Origin: a virus
Virus record (IMG/VR): IMGVR_UViG_3300042691_023046
Span: 1 to 64,000 of that record
Length of the DNA stretch: 64,000 bases
Direction: 5' to 3' (one strand)
The notes below the pieces were generated by a model, which was not told the DNA's origin, did not search any database, and saw only the letters and a list, made by a program, of their open reading frames with translations. Positions within the stretch are counted from its first letter, which is position 1, and the number at the start of each line of letters is the position of its first letter. The position numbers and the translations under genes were made by a program. This document shows, piece after piece, positions 19,870-29,739 of this stretch.

Positions 19870-20523
19870 TTAAATATCTCCTATATTGTCTTTATTAACT
19901 CCTTCTAATTCTACTTCTTCTTGTATAGCTAACCATAATTTAGATTCTAAAGCTTTTCTAATACCCATACCATTAAATTTACCTTCATTTACATATTTTC
20001 TATATTTAGAAAACATTTCTACTATAAGTTTATGTTTAATAATATCACCATTTGTTATAGTATTATAATATTCATAAAATTCATTTCTATCAGGTATAAT
20101 TTTAATAGCTTGTCTTTTACCATCAATTGTAATCCATGAAGGATAAGCTAATAACATTTCTTCTGCTGCTTCTTCTTTATCAATGTATAGTTTATCTCTA
20201 AATGTAGGTGTAACCATGTACATTTCTAAATATTTAGCATCAGAAAATACTGTTTTTCTTACTACTTTTTTTTCTTGTACAGGTATTGTTAGTAAAGTTG
20301 CTTTACCTTCTTTATTTTTACCATAATTAAAAATATAATCTTTTTCTTCTAATCCATCTATTTCTTCATAACTAAATCCTCCATAAGCTTTTGTATAATG
20401 TTCTAATAATTGTTGTTTTTCTTCAAATGTTGAAGCCATTAATATTACACAAAAATATAATTGATTTGGTGTAATATCTAATTCTTTCATAATTGAATGA
20501 AATCTTTTAGCGTCATATATCAA
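19870..20523 (-). CDS. Hypothetical protein (possible helicase loader)
   Basis: Directly upstream of DnaB. Function inferred from position only. Confidence 0.5.
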   Translation of the reverse strand: MIYDAKRFHSIMKELDITPNQLYFCVILMASTFEEKQQLLEHYTKAYGGFSYEEIDGLEEKDYIFNYGKNKEGKATLLTIPVQEKKVVRKTVFSDAKYLEMYMVTPTFRDKLYIDKEEAAEEMLLAYPSWITIDGKRQAIKIIPDRNEFYEYYNTITNGDIIKHKLIVEMFSKYRKYVNEGKFNGMGIRKALESKLWLAIQEEVELEGVNKDNIGDI

Positions 20524-20554
20524 AATTTTCCTCTCTTTCTTATTTTATACATAT

Positions 20555-21157
20555 TTATTCTATTAATTGTTTATTTTCTGCATTAAATTTTAATCCATGT
20601 AAAGGACATTCAATAATTTTTTGCCATTTTCCACCTTTATTATTACGACCTAATTTTTTAAATACAACAGGTTCTTGTGATAAATTATATCCTCTATGAG
20701 GACATTTATTGTTTTTAATACATTTATTTTTTAATTTATCTATTTTAACTTGTCCTGCAATACCATAATTATTTAATCTAATACATTTTAATTCTTTGTA
20801 TTCTATTTTATAATGTTGTTCAAAATCTATATTTAATTTAGGTTCTAAATCATATCGTATATTAGGTGCAAATTCATGATTACTGTGAAGTTTTAAAGGG
20901 TTATTATATTTACCTGTTTCTATAAATCTAAAATCTACATGATAATGTTTATAATTTTGTCCATTTTCTTTGTCTGAATGTAGATGATTTATTATAGGAT
21001 AAATATGAAGTCTAATAGATTTACGTAATTTTAATTTATTTTTACTATTTATATACCAATTTTCATTATTTAAATAATATTTTTTAATAATACAAGGTAC
21101 TAAATACATTTGTCCTATAATAGGTTGAGTTTTTAATTCATCTATTTTTTGTAACAT
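20555..21157 (-). CDS. Protein with C-terminal Rieske [2Fe-2S] motifs
   Basis: CPHRG...IECPLHGLKF, plus N-terminal HLHSD and HYHVDFRF. Confidence 0.75.
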   Translation of the reverse strand: MLQKIDELKTQPIIGQMYLVPCIIKKYYLNNENWYINSKNKLKLRKSIRLHIYPIINHLHSDKENGQNYKHYHVDFRFIETGKYNNPLKLHSNHEFAPNIRYDLEPKLNIDFEQHYKIEYKELKCIRLNNYGIAGQVKIDKLKNKCIKNNKCPHRGYNLSQEPVVFKKLGRNNKGGKWQKIIECPLHGLKFNAENKQLIE

Positions 21158-21159
21158 AT

Positions 21160-21366
21160 TTATTTTATATTATCTAATGGGTAAGATTCTTTGTGAAATT
21201 TTTCAACATCAAGTGTTTCTGAACCTTCATCACCTTTTAAAAAATAAGTATAATCTTCTGCTATATTCCTTTTACATTCTTCTACATGTAGTTTAGCAAA
21301 TTCAATTAACATATCTGTAGTATTATTAAAATTACCTTTATCTAAAAATTCTGCTGCTGTTATCAT
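21160..21366 (-). CDS. Hypothetical protein
   Basis: TAAEFL...MLIEFAKLHV...YPLDNIK, a small phage protein. Confidence 0.6.
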   Translation of the reverse strand: MITAAEFLDKGNFNNTTDMLIEFAKLHVEECKRNIAEDYTYFLKGDEGSETLDVEKFHKESYPLDNIK

Positions 21367-22550
21367 TTTATTTCTTCTATTGTTTTAATCCATTTTACGT
21401 TAAAAATCTTTTGTTGTCGTTTTTTTAACCATCCTATTTCTACAGTATTTTTTATAAATAAATTTATAAATATAGCTTCTTTACCTTTTACAAATCTAAT
21501 TGTACGACCTAAACTTTGCAGAGCATCTATTCCTGTTGAAGTATAAGCTGCTGCAATACCTACATCTACATTTTCTACATCTAAACCTTCATTTAAAGAT
21601 TTAACTGATACTAAATGCTGAACATCATTATTTACATAATCTTGTAAAATAGCTGCTTTTTCATGTTCATTTTTAATACCAGAATGATATACTTTTGAAC
21701 TTGGTAATATTTTTTGTACAGCATCAGCATATTTTTTAGTTTGACTAAATATTAAAGCCTTCTTTTCTTTTCCTAGATGGTCAAGAATTAATGGTATAAT
21801 ATCAACTTTTGCTTTAGCTCCATATACTATAGATTTTCTTGTAGTAGTAGCACCATTATGTCTAACAATTCTCATTTGTATATCTTTATAATTAAAATCA
21901 TTTTCTTCACAAAAGTTTTTTAAATACTGTTTGTCTTTTAAAGCTGTAAATGGATTTAATCCTTCTAAATATGGTGAATGAGCTTTTATTAAATTAGTTG
22001 CTTTATCATATTTCTCCTGTTCTTCTGGTGTAAATTCTAGTTCTAAATTGTAAACTTGAAAAGAAGAAACCCATCCTTTAGTTAGAGCTTCTTCTAATGT
22101 TACTTCTCCACAACAATAAATACCTTTAGCGTGTAAAAATGCTATTTTTTGTTTATCTAATGTAGCTGTTACTAAAAATCTATAATCACAAACAGTATTA
22201 TTTAATAAACTACTAAAATAAAACGCTGCTTCATTTGTAGCACGATGTACTTCATCTATTATTAATAAATCACATTTTTGTGGTGTTGCTACATAACTAT
22301 TAATTACAAATACTTTAGCGTTTAATACATTATTATCTATTAATAATTGATTCCATTGTGATTGTAATACTATTGTAGGTACTACTATATGTACTACTTT
22401 TTCTGGATTAAATCTTTTAATCGCTAATATACATAAATAAGATTTACCAAAACCTGTAACTGCTGTAATGTATCCATTTGCTTTAAATTTACTTATCCAT
22501 GTATCTATTATTTCATTTTGTCTTTTAAGTTTAGATTCATTAATTAACAT
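21363..22550 (-). CDS. Superfamily II DEXH helicase
   Basis: TGFGKS, DEVH, TAT, NEGLDV and QSLGRTIR motifs. Confidence 0.92.
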   Translation of the reverse strand: MLINESKLKRQNEIIDTWISKFKANGYITAVTGFGKSYLCILAIKRFNPEKVVHIVVPTIVLQSQWNQLLIDNNVLNAKVFVINSYVATPQKCDLLIIDEVHRATNEAAFYFSSLLNNTVCDYRFLVTATLDKQKIAFLHAKGIYCCGEVTLEEALTKGWVSSFQVYNLELEFTPEEQEKYDKATNLIKAHSPYLEGLNPFTALKDKQYLKNFCEENDFNYKDIQMRIVRHNGATTTRKSIVYGAKAKVDIIPLILDHLGKEKKALIFSQTKKYADAVQKILPSSKVYHSGIKNEHEKAAILQDYVNNDVQHLVSVKSLNEGLDVENVDVGIAAAYTSTGIDALQSLGRTIRFVKGKEAIFINLFIKNTVEIGWLKKRQQKIFNVKWIKTIEEIK

Positions 22551-23043
22551 GGCGGATTATTACATTTTTAAATTTACCACCTATTTCTTTACCTATTAAT
22601 ATATCAATAGTTCTTACTAATCTTTTATTTCCAAAATCAGCTATTGTATAATAACCGCTAAATTTACCACAATTAATTAATTGTACTTTTTCTCCACAAT
22701 AAAATTCTGCTGCTAAATCTCTTGATAATCCTATATATCTATGTTTATATGGATTTTTTAAATCAATTTTATTATTACAAGCTGTTCTATCTGGTGAACT
22801 ATCACATTGATGTATTGTAGGATTATAAGTTGTAGCTGTTACTAAATAAGCTTCTTTTTCATTACTATCTATAATAGAATAATACATATCTTTATATAAA
22901 CTGTCATTATATTTATTAATTTTAGTTTGTTTTACAATATGATTTTCTAATCTAAATATACCTATTATTGTACATATAAATATAAGAACATTTAAAGTTA
23001 TGTATATTTTTCTATTACTTAGTACTTCTTCTTCTTCTACCAT
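22540..23043 (-). CDS. 3D-domain (lytic transglycosylase-like) membrane-anchored protein
   Basis: N-terminal TM segment, VTATTYNP..QCD..P..TA, LSRD, AD.GN.R...IDIL. Confidence 0.75.
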   Translation of the reverse strand: MVEEEEVLSNRKIYITLNVLIFICTIIGIFRLENHIVKQTKINKYNDSLYKDMYYSIIDSNEKEAYLVTATTYNPTIHQCDSSPDRTACNNKIDLKNPYKHRYIGLSRDLAAEFYCGEKVQLINCGKFSGYYTIADFGNKRLVRTIDILIGKEIGGKFKNVIIRHVN

Positions 23044-23798
23044 TTTATTATTTTATTATTTATTATTTCTTGATTTTGATTTATTATTTCTAATTCATCA
23101 AAAAAGTTTAATTCTTGCAATTGTTTTTGCAACTGTTTAAGTTTATAATCATTAGGTACAATATTTCTAATTTGTTTACATAAATCAGAACATTGCATTA
23201 ATCTTTTAATTATAATATTATAATCAAAAGTAGGTTCTCCTATTCTTACTTCTAAAGTACCTAAATCATTAAAATACCACCAATTAGCAGTTTTACTATA
23301 ATCAAAAGCAGTTTCCCATTCTTTTAAAGATTCAGTAATATAATCATAACCTTTTGGTTGTTGTCTATAACCACTTACATTTATTTCACTCCAAATATCA
23401 GTTAAATCTGTATGATAATGTGTGCTTGATTCAGTATTATTAATAGACATATCTTTCATTAAATTGCAAATATCATATAAACAAACCATACCTTTTAATC
23501 CTGATGGTATTCTATATCTTTGTTCATAACTATCAACTTTTACCTCCATTATATTAGGTATTTTTTTAAATGATTCTTCATCATAATTACTCTGTTGAGA
23601 ACATTCAAATTCCATACCATGACTGTAAGGTAAATAACTATCAATAATATCTATAATATATTGATTTTTAATATTTAATAAAGGTGTTGGATTATTATAA
23701 ATACAATCTTCCAACACCTTTAAATGATTATCTGTACCCTTCTCCTCTACTACCTTGTTTAGATTGTGCTGGTTTAACAGGTTCTTGTTTCGCTTCAT
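23037..23798 (-). CDS. Putative amidoligase (COOH-NH2 ligase family)
   Basis: GMEFE, EQR, STHYH and TLEVR motifs. Start uncertain. Confidence 0.6.
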   Translation of the reverse strand: MKRNKNLLNQHNLNKVVEEKGTDNHLKVLEDCIYNNPTPLLNIKNQYIIDIIDSYLPYSHGMEFECSQQSNYDEESFKKIPNIMEVKVDSYEQRYRIPSGLKGMVCLYDICNLMKDMSINNTESSTHYHTDLTDIWSEINVSGYRQQPKGYDYITESLKEWETAFDYSKTANWWYFNDLGTLEVRIGEPTFDYNIIIKRLMQCSDLCKQIRNIVPNDYKLKQLQKQLQELNFFDELEIINQNQEIINNKIIKW

Positions 23799-24339
23799 CT
23801 ATTTTAGGTTTTATTTCTTCTACAACTTTTTTAACTTCTTCTACTTTAACTTTAGGTTTTTCAGTAGCACTTTTTTCAATTAAAGCTTTTTTTTCAATTT
23901 TTATTTGAGTTTTGATATTTTCCTTAACTTTAGCTTTAGCTACTACTTTAGGTATCATTAAAGTTTCAATTTGTTCTTCTAACTTTTTACCTGTAGGTGT
24001 AGAAACATTAGTTAATTTATTATATTTTTCAATAAGACTTAATGTTTCATTATAATGTTTTTCTGAATAATCAACAGTCATAACAACTTTATTCATAATA
24101 ACATTAGTTTTACTACCTACTCTTTTAATTTTAATAGCTATTGGTTTAACAATAGGTGTTTCAACTTTAGGAGCAACTGTTTTAGTTGCAACTTTTTTAA
24201 CAGGAACTACTTTTTTAACTGGTGTTACTTTTTTTGCAACTGTTTTTTTAGCTACAATTGGTTGAGCAGATTTAACTACTTTTTTAGCTGCTACCTTTTT
24301 AGGTGCTACTTTTTTTACTACTTTTTTAGGTGTTGCCAT
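23728..24339 (-). CDS. Lys/Ala/Val-rich histone H1-like protein
   Basis: KKVVKKVAPKKVAAKK low-complexity N-terminus. Confidence 0.65.
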   Translation of the reverse strand: MATPKKVVKKVAPKKVAAKKVVKSAQPIVAKKTVAKKVTPVKKVVPVKKVATKTVAPKVETPIVKPIAIKIKRVGSKTNVIMNKVVMTVDYSEKHYNETLSLIEKYNKLTNVSTPTGKKLEEQIETLMIPKVVAKAKVKENIKTQIKIEKKALIEKSATEKPKVKVEEVKKVVEEIKPKIDEAKQEPVKPAQSKQGSRGEGYR

Positions 24340-24340
24340 T

Positions 24341-24844
24341 TTATTTGTTTGTTATAATTGAAATTGAAAATTCTGTTATTGCTTTTTCTTCATCTTGTTC
24401 TATAATTTTAGATTCTACAAAATATGTTAAAGTATCTAAAAGTTCTAATTTACTTTCATTATCCCATTGTTCATTTATTTCTATATGTGATTCTTCTGGA
24501 TATTCTTCAATATCTTCTAATGTACGAGTTTTTTGAATAGAAATAATTTTTGTATTTTCTAATAAATTATTATAATTAGTAACTAATTCATTATAATTAT
24601 TAGTTAATTCATTATAATTATTAACAATTTCTTCATTAACTTTAACTAAAGCGTTATATTCATCAGTTAATTTAGATATTTCTTCATTTTTAACTTCTAA
24701 TTTTTCTTGTGAATTAGTATAATTTTCAATTAACTGGTTATTATTTTTTTCAGTTATTTTATACTGTTCTTTAGATTTTTCTATTAATAAATTTAATTCA
24801 TTAATTTTTTCATTAGCTTTTCTTAAATTGTTTATGTTAAACAT
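24341..24844 (-). CDS. Coiled-coil protein
   Basis: NNYNEL heptad repeats. Confidence 0.6.
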   Translation of the reverse strand: MFNINNLRKANEKINELNLLIEKSKEQYKITEKNNNQLIENYTNSQEKLEVKNEEISKLTDEYNALVKVNEEIVNNYNELTNNYNELVTNYNNLLENTKIISIQKTRTLEDIEEYPEESHIEINEQWDNESKLELLDTLTYFVESKIIEQDEEKAITEFSISIITNK

Positions 24845-27495
24845 ACTTCTGTTTCCTCATTTTTTATTTGTGTTGGTGAGTTTAATAATTTAATTGGTTT
24901 TGGTGTCCATGTAATTTCTCCATGTCTAACACTATAATTAGTTAATGGTATTTCTGTTTCTACTAATTCAAAACTATCTAATACAGGAATTACTTTTTCT
25001 TTACCTATATTTATATCTGGTTTATGATAAAAATTAATATTAACTTTTTTACCTTTTTCTTTTAAATAATTTACTACATGAGGTAAACTATCTTCATTAA
25101 TTTTTACATATCTAACTAATTCAGCATTTTTAAAATAATTATCAATATAATCAATTTTTTCTTTGATTATAGGATTTATTTCTATTTTTAATATTTCTGT
25201 ATTAGATTTGTATAAACTAATAAGTTCTCTAAGAGTTTTTTCTATACTACTAGGATATTGTTCTTTAAATTTATATATTTCTTCATAAACTGTTGAAAGA
25301 TAATAATTAAATTCTTTTATTTCATCTGCTTCTAAATTAAAAGCATGGTTATTTTTTATTTCTACACTTGTGAAGAAATTTTGTATTACTTTTAAGTCCA
25401 TAATTTGTGATACATGATAAATGTTTTTAGTTTTTGTTTTAAGTAATGATTTTAAATTGTTTTTAGCTATTTGATAAACTCTAATAATTTGATGATTTAC
25501 ATTAATACATCTATATGCAGTTCTATCATACCAATCTTTATATTTTTCTTTTTTATAAGGTTCATATTCTTTTATTATTTCTGTAAATAATTCTAAACCT
25601 TTTCTATCTTCTTGAAAACCATAAACTATAATACCATCAAATTTATCTGTTAATTTTGTTTTATCTTTTAACTGATGTTTAGAAGTATAAGGTACAAAAT
25701 GTAAATCATATCTATCATTTAATATCATATCTTTAACAGAAATAACTCTTTCTAATCTAGTTGATTTATTAGCTATATAAGCTTCTTTAGCAATAGCTTT
25801 TTGTTCATCTAACCATGTTTGAGGAATTTCAAATGTTTCAAAATCTTTAACATTTAATGTTTTAAATAATTCTTCTGTAATAATACGTTTGTATTCATAA
25901 ACAACTTTAGCTGTACCTAATGGGTAAGATTCATAAATATTATGTCTTTTTTCTACTGTATCACTATATGATTGTTTTTTCCAATATCTAGTTTCATCAT
26001 TAAAAACAATTGAATTATCTGTTATTTTATGTATTCCTAAATTATTGCAAAAGTTTTCATATAATATAGTATTATATTGGTGTTTAGTTTTATCTTCATT
26101 AGATTTTTTATGTATAAAACCTTTATAATCATCTTGCAAAAATACAGCATTTTTTACATATTTTTTAAAATCAAGTGTTAATTCTTTATTTTTATTTTTA
26201 AAAAATTGAAATTCATTTTTATTAATTTTTAAAATACTAGCTTCTGATTGTTTTTCTCTACAATCTTCTAATCTTATTCTTCTAGGAGTAATAAACCAAA
26301 AAGGATTTACTCCCTTTTTTAATTTAATTGGTAAATGAGCAATAGGTTTATAAGTAATAGGATTTAAATGATATTTTTGTTTATCATTTATTAAAATACT
26401 TGTTAAAGCAGTTATATTTAAATTTTCAAAATTTGGTAATTTTAAATAATGATAAGGACTATCTTCAAATTTCTTTTTTTTATCAGTATATTCAAATAAA
26501 TCTTCTATTGGTTGTTGTTGCTCATTATATTTATCTACTAATTCTTGTAAAGCTAAATCAATTCTTTCATTAATTAATTTTTTAGCATCATCTGAATATT
26601 CAATAAATTCTCTAGTCATACCAACCATTAATTCACCTATTTCAAATTTAATACCAATTGGTATATTAATAGGTTCTCTACCTATTATTCTCCAATCAAC
26701 TGTATAACAAACTTTTCCAAGTATTAAATGTATATCTTCTGCATATTGTTTATTTGTTTTATATTTAAAATAAGTTCCTTCTATAATTTTTGAATTATTA
26801 AAACTTGCAGCATGATTTCTACTATTATAAGTTTTAAAATCAAATACAACATTATCAAAAAAACATAATTCACTTAAAGCTGTTTTAGCTATTAAATCAT
26901 CTTCTTCAATATATCTTTTACTCCAACCAGAATAATTAGCATTTTCTACTTTTTCAGTTTTTAAATATATTTTAACTGTAGTACCAGAATGTTCATCAAT
27001 TGGTTCATTTATAATAACAGGTGATATAACAGGTAATTCTGATGTTTCACAATAAATAAGATAATCATTTAATAAACCATCTTTTACTGTTCTTAACTGC
27101 ATTTGTTTTTGATAACCTAGTCCACTTTTACTTCCTATACCAAATCCTCCTATAGCATCATTCGTTTGTTCTTTTGTACTATCTAATAAACTACTAAATA
27201 TTTTCTTCACAAACTCATAAGACATTCCTACACCTTTATCAATAAAAGCTATAAATATTCCTCCATCATCTTCATCAATTTGAACTATAACTGGTTCTGT
27301 TGAATTTATCTCTTTATGAGCATCCCAAGCATTACTTGTATATTCCCTAATAAACGAACTTCTTATTGATTTATAACTTCCTAATAATAAACTAAATAAT
27401 TTACTTGTATTTTTAGTGTTTACAGTCATTTTTATTTCATCATCTGCTGAAATATTACCTGCTGTTTCTAATAAAACTTCTGTTTTTATTATCAT
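24832..27495 (-). CDS. rIIA-like GHKL ATPase protein
   Basis: IREYTSNAWDAH, D.GVGMS, STK, IGGFGIGSKS, GT.V, and the later RE.IEY motif. Confidence 0.85.
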   Translation of the reverse strand: MIIKTEVLLETAGNISADDEIKMTVNTKNTSKLFSLLLGSYKSIRSSFIREYTSNAWDAHKEINSTEPVIVQIDEDDGGIFIAFIDKGVGMSYEFVKKIFSSLLDSTKEQTNDAIGGFGIGSKSGLGYQKQMQLRTVKDGLLNDYLIYCETSELPVISPVIINEPIDEHSGTTVKIYLKTEKVENANYSGWSKRYIEEDDLIAKTALSELCFFDNVVFDFKTYNSRNHAASFNNSKIIEGTYFKYKTNKQYAEDIHLILGKVCYTVDWRIIGREPINIPIGIKFEIGELMVGMTREFIEYSDDAKKLINERIDLALQELVDKYNEQQQPIEDLFEYTDKKKKFEDSPYHYLKLPNFENLNITALTSILINDKQKYHLNPITYKPIAHLPIKLKKGVNPFWFITPRRIRLEDCREKQSEASILKINKNEFQFFKNKNKELTLDFKKYVKNAVFLQDDYKGFIHKKSNEDKTKHQYNTILYENFCNNLGIHKITDNSIVFNDETRYWKKQSYSDTVEKRHNIYESYPLGTAKVVYEYKRIITEELFKTLNVKDFETFEIPQTWLDEQKAIAKEAYIANKSTRLERVISVKDMILNDRYDLHFVPYTSKHQLKDKTKLTDKFDGIIVYGFQEDRKGLELFTEIIKEYEPYKKEKYKDWYDRTAYRCINVNHQIIRVYQIAKNNLKSLLKTKTKNIYHVSQIMDLKVIQNFFTSVEIKNNHAFNLEADEIKEFNYYLSTVYEEIYKFKEQYPSSIEKTLRELISLYKSNTEILKIEINPIIKEKIDYIDNYFKNAELVRYVKINEDSLPHVVNYLKEKGKKVNINFYHKPDINIGKEKVIPVLDSFELVETEIPLTNYSVRHGEITWTPKPIKLLNSPTQIKNEETEVCLT

Positions 27496-27794
27496 TCTAT
27501 TTCTCCTAATTCTTTAAGTAATTTTTTAGTATCTTTTGCGTGTATGTTTATACTAACATCTAAATCATCTAATTCAATAAACATTTTTAAAGCTTCTACT
27601 AATTTTTCATAATTATTACAAGCATGTACTATAAATTCAATATCTTGTCTTGTGTGGTCAATTAAATCTTCATCAGTATAATCTTCAACTACAGTTATAT
27701 TTTTTGTATTATCAATAATTTGAAATAATAACGGTGTTTCATCTGTATTATTTACCCAATCAAACGGTAATTCACTTTTTGGTCTAATTTTCAT
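27492..27794 (-). CDS. Hypothetical protein
   Basis: FIVHACNNYEKLVEAL, a common phage motif. Confidence 0.65.
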   Translation of the reverse strand: MKIRPKSELPFDWVNNTDETPLLFQIIDNTKNITVVEDYTDEDLIDHTRQDIEFIVHACNNYEKLVEALKMFIELDDLDVSINIHAKDTKKLLKELGEIE

Positions 27795-27820
27795 AATAGC
27801 TATATTTTTTAATTTTAAAT

Positions 27821-27858
27821 AAAAAAAACTCTATTAATATTGCTATTAATAGAGTTTT
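27821..27858 (-). terminator. Intrinsic terminator
   Basis: AAAACTCTATTAATA stem with T8 on the minus strand. Confidence 0.85.
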
Positions 27859-27881
27859 ACTAATCAACATTTATTTATTTA

Positions 27882-28322
27882 TTATGAAATAGCTTCTATT
27901 TTTTGTTTTAAATTAGAAATAATTTCTTCAACATTTCTAGTTTCACTATCAATAGTAGTTAAATATAATTTTTTATTTTCTTCTAATTTTTTAATTGTTT
28001 GTTGACAATTATCAATATTATCCCAATAAATATCAGAAAAATTATTCATAGCATCATTAGTTTCTACATCTTTTAAAGTTACTTTTGCATAAGCATCTTC
28101 TAATGCTTGTTCAGCATCTTCAATTTGCTCGTCTAAAGTTTCTATATTATCTCTAATTTCTGCTACAAACTTTTCTAAATTTTTAGTATTAGTTATAATT
28201 GATTTTTGTAACATTTTTACTTGTTTTTCTAAAAAACTTTCTATTTTACCTGCTTCATCTAATTTTAAAATAGATAAAATTTTATCTTTTAAACTTCTAA
28301 TTGTTATTGCTGTATTTTTCAT
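27882..28322 (-). CDS. Coiled-coil hypothetical protein
   Basis: ORF with heptad pattern. Confidence 0.65.
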   Translation of the reverse strand: MKNTAITIRSLKDKILSILKLDEAGKIESFLEKQVKMLQKSIITNTKNLEKFVAEIRDNIETLDEQIEDAEQALEDAYAKVTLKDVETNDAMNNFSDIYWDNIDNCQQTIKKLEENKKLYLTTIDSETRNVEEIISNLKQKIEAIS

Positions 28323-28599
28323 TTCTTTGTTGTTTAATCATTTTTAATTGATAAGCTTGTTCAGCATCATTTATCATTCTATTTACAAGACTATTATGTA
28401 TTTCATAATCTTTAATATAATGATTTAAGTTTATGTTTATAATAAAACATTTATGATATGTTTCTACATTAATTGTTTCACCAAAAAAGATATATTTTTT
28501 CTTTTGTGTAATAATTTTGTCATAAAATATAGTTAAATTATGAATTAAATCTACACTATAATAGTACTTATTGTTTTTTATAAATAAAGGTGTTTTCAT
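28297..28599 (-). CDS. Hypothetical protein
   Basis: ORF in operon. Confidence 0.5.
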   Translation of the reverse strand: MKTPLFIKNNKYYYSVDLIHNLTIFYDKIITQKKKYIFFGETINVETYHKCFIININLNHYIKDYEIHNSLVNRMINDAEQAYQLKMIKQQRNEKYSNNN

Positions 28600-29099
28600 T
28601 ATTCACTTGAATTATATAATTGTTCAACTTCTTTTAAAGTATTGTATAATCTACTTTCTTCATCCATAAAAGGAGCAAGTTTATTTTTTGCAGTAGTTAA
28701 TTTACTAATCATAGAAGAATGTGTAATAACTTTAATTCTTAATTTTAAATCAACAATTATATCTCTTATTAATATATTTTGATTGTTTTTAAGTTCTATA
28801 AAACCTGTTTTAAACATTAATTGACTATTATGTAATACATTATTATAAATATTTTCATAATGTGCTAATGCTCTATATAACCAAGATATATCAGTACAAA
28901 CACTAATATTAACAGTATTTTGTGTTGTTTCAAAATTTGTTATAGCACTACAAATATATTTTATTTCTGGTGGTAAACCTAAAGATGCTAATTTTTCATC
29001 TATTTTTTCTATTTCTAATTTAATAGCATTTTGCATTTGTTTTTTACTACTAGACTTTTTAATAGATATTTTACTTTCTTTTTTTACAATGTTTGTCAT
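28599..29099 (-). CDS. Hypothetical protein
   Basis: ORF in operon. Confidence 0.6.
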   Translation of the reverse strand: MTNIVKKESKISIKKSSSKKQMQNAIKLEIEKIDEKLASLGLPPEIKYICSAITNFETTQNTVNISVCTDISWLYRALAHYENIYNNVLHNSQLMFKTGFIELKNNQNILIRDIIVDLKLRIKVITHSSMISKLTTAKNKLAPFMDEESRLYNTLKEVEQLYNSSE

Positions 29100-29443
29100 A
29101 ATTTTTATTGTTTATTGTGATGATTATACCATGCTTTAAGTATTAAGTTTTTAACTATTTCGTAAATAATTATTGTTAGTATTATTATTTTTATCATAAT
29201 TTAATTTTTTTTTGAAAATATACCAAAATAATAAGCTTCTACTCTAGGTTTATAAATTTTTCTTTTACTATATAAATGTCTTTGATACCAATATTGTTTA
29301 CATTGTATTAATCTAATTGTTTGATTTCTATTTAAATTCATGATTTTGTTTATTTATTTTTTAAAAAGAGTATCTGTATCTACTCTTTATTCACAATTTA
29401 CTCAATACAGTGAGATTAAAACAATTAAGTACCACCTTAATTT

Positions 29444-29550
29444 TGAAAAGATTATAGGATTCGAACCTATGGACATAAATATATTGAATATCTAGTTTCA
29501 TATTTATATCTATTCTAGTTTAACATTTAACCATTCTGCCAAATCTTTTC
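29444..29550 (-). tRNA. Degenerate class II tRNA-like element
   Basis: Acceptor GAAAAGAT/ATCTTTTC, D-arm TGGCAGAATGGTTAAATG, long variable hairpin and T-arm ATAGG-TTCGAAT-CCTAT. No convincing anticodon stem. Confidence 0.6.
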
Positions 29551-29553
29551 TTT

Positions 29554-29732
29554 TATTAATTAATAAAGAATCAATGAATAGGAAAAGTCTATTAACCCAT
29601 TGCTGCTATTCAATATATTTGCAGTTCTATCTTTATTAAATTAATATTTTAAATAACAAGCATTAATGTACTACGTTTAACATTTAAGTTTACTTCTTCC
29701 ATATATTTACTACTTTATCTCTTATTATTTAA
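29554..29732 (-). ncRNA. Two adjacent structured RNA modules
   Basis: Closing stems 29554-69/29630-46 and 29649-60/29721-32. ORF-free. Confidence 0.45.
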
Positions 29733-29739
29733 TTTTTTA

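Noticed and set aside
29444-29550. Amber suppressor tRNA (CTA in loop region)
   Set aside because: No anticodon stem forms around CTA and there is no evidence of TAG readthrough.
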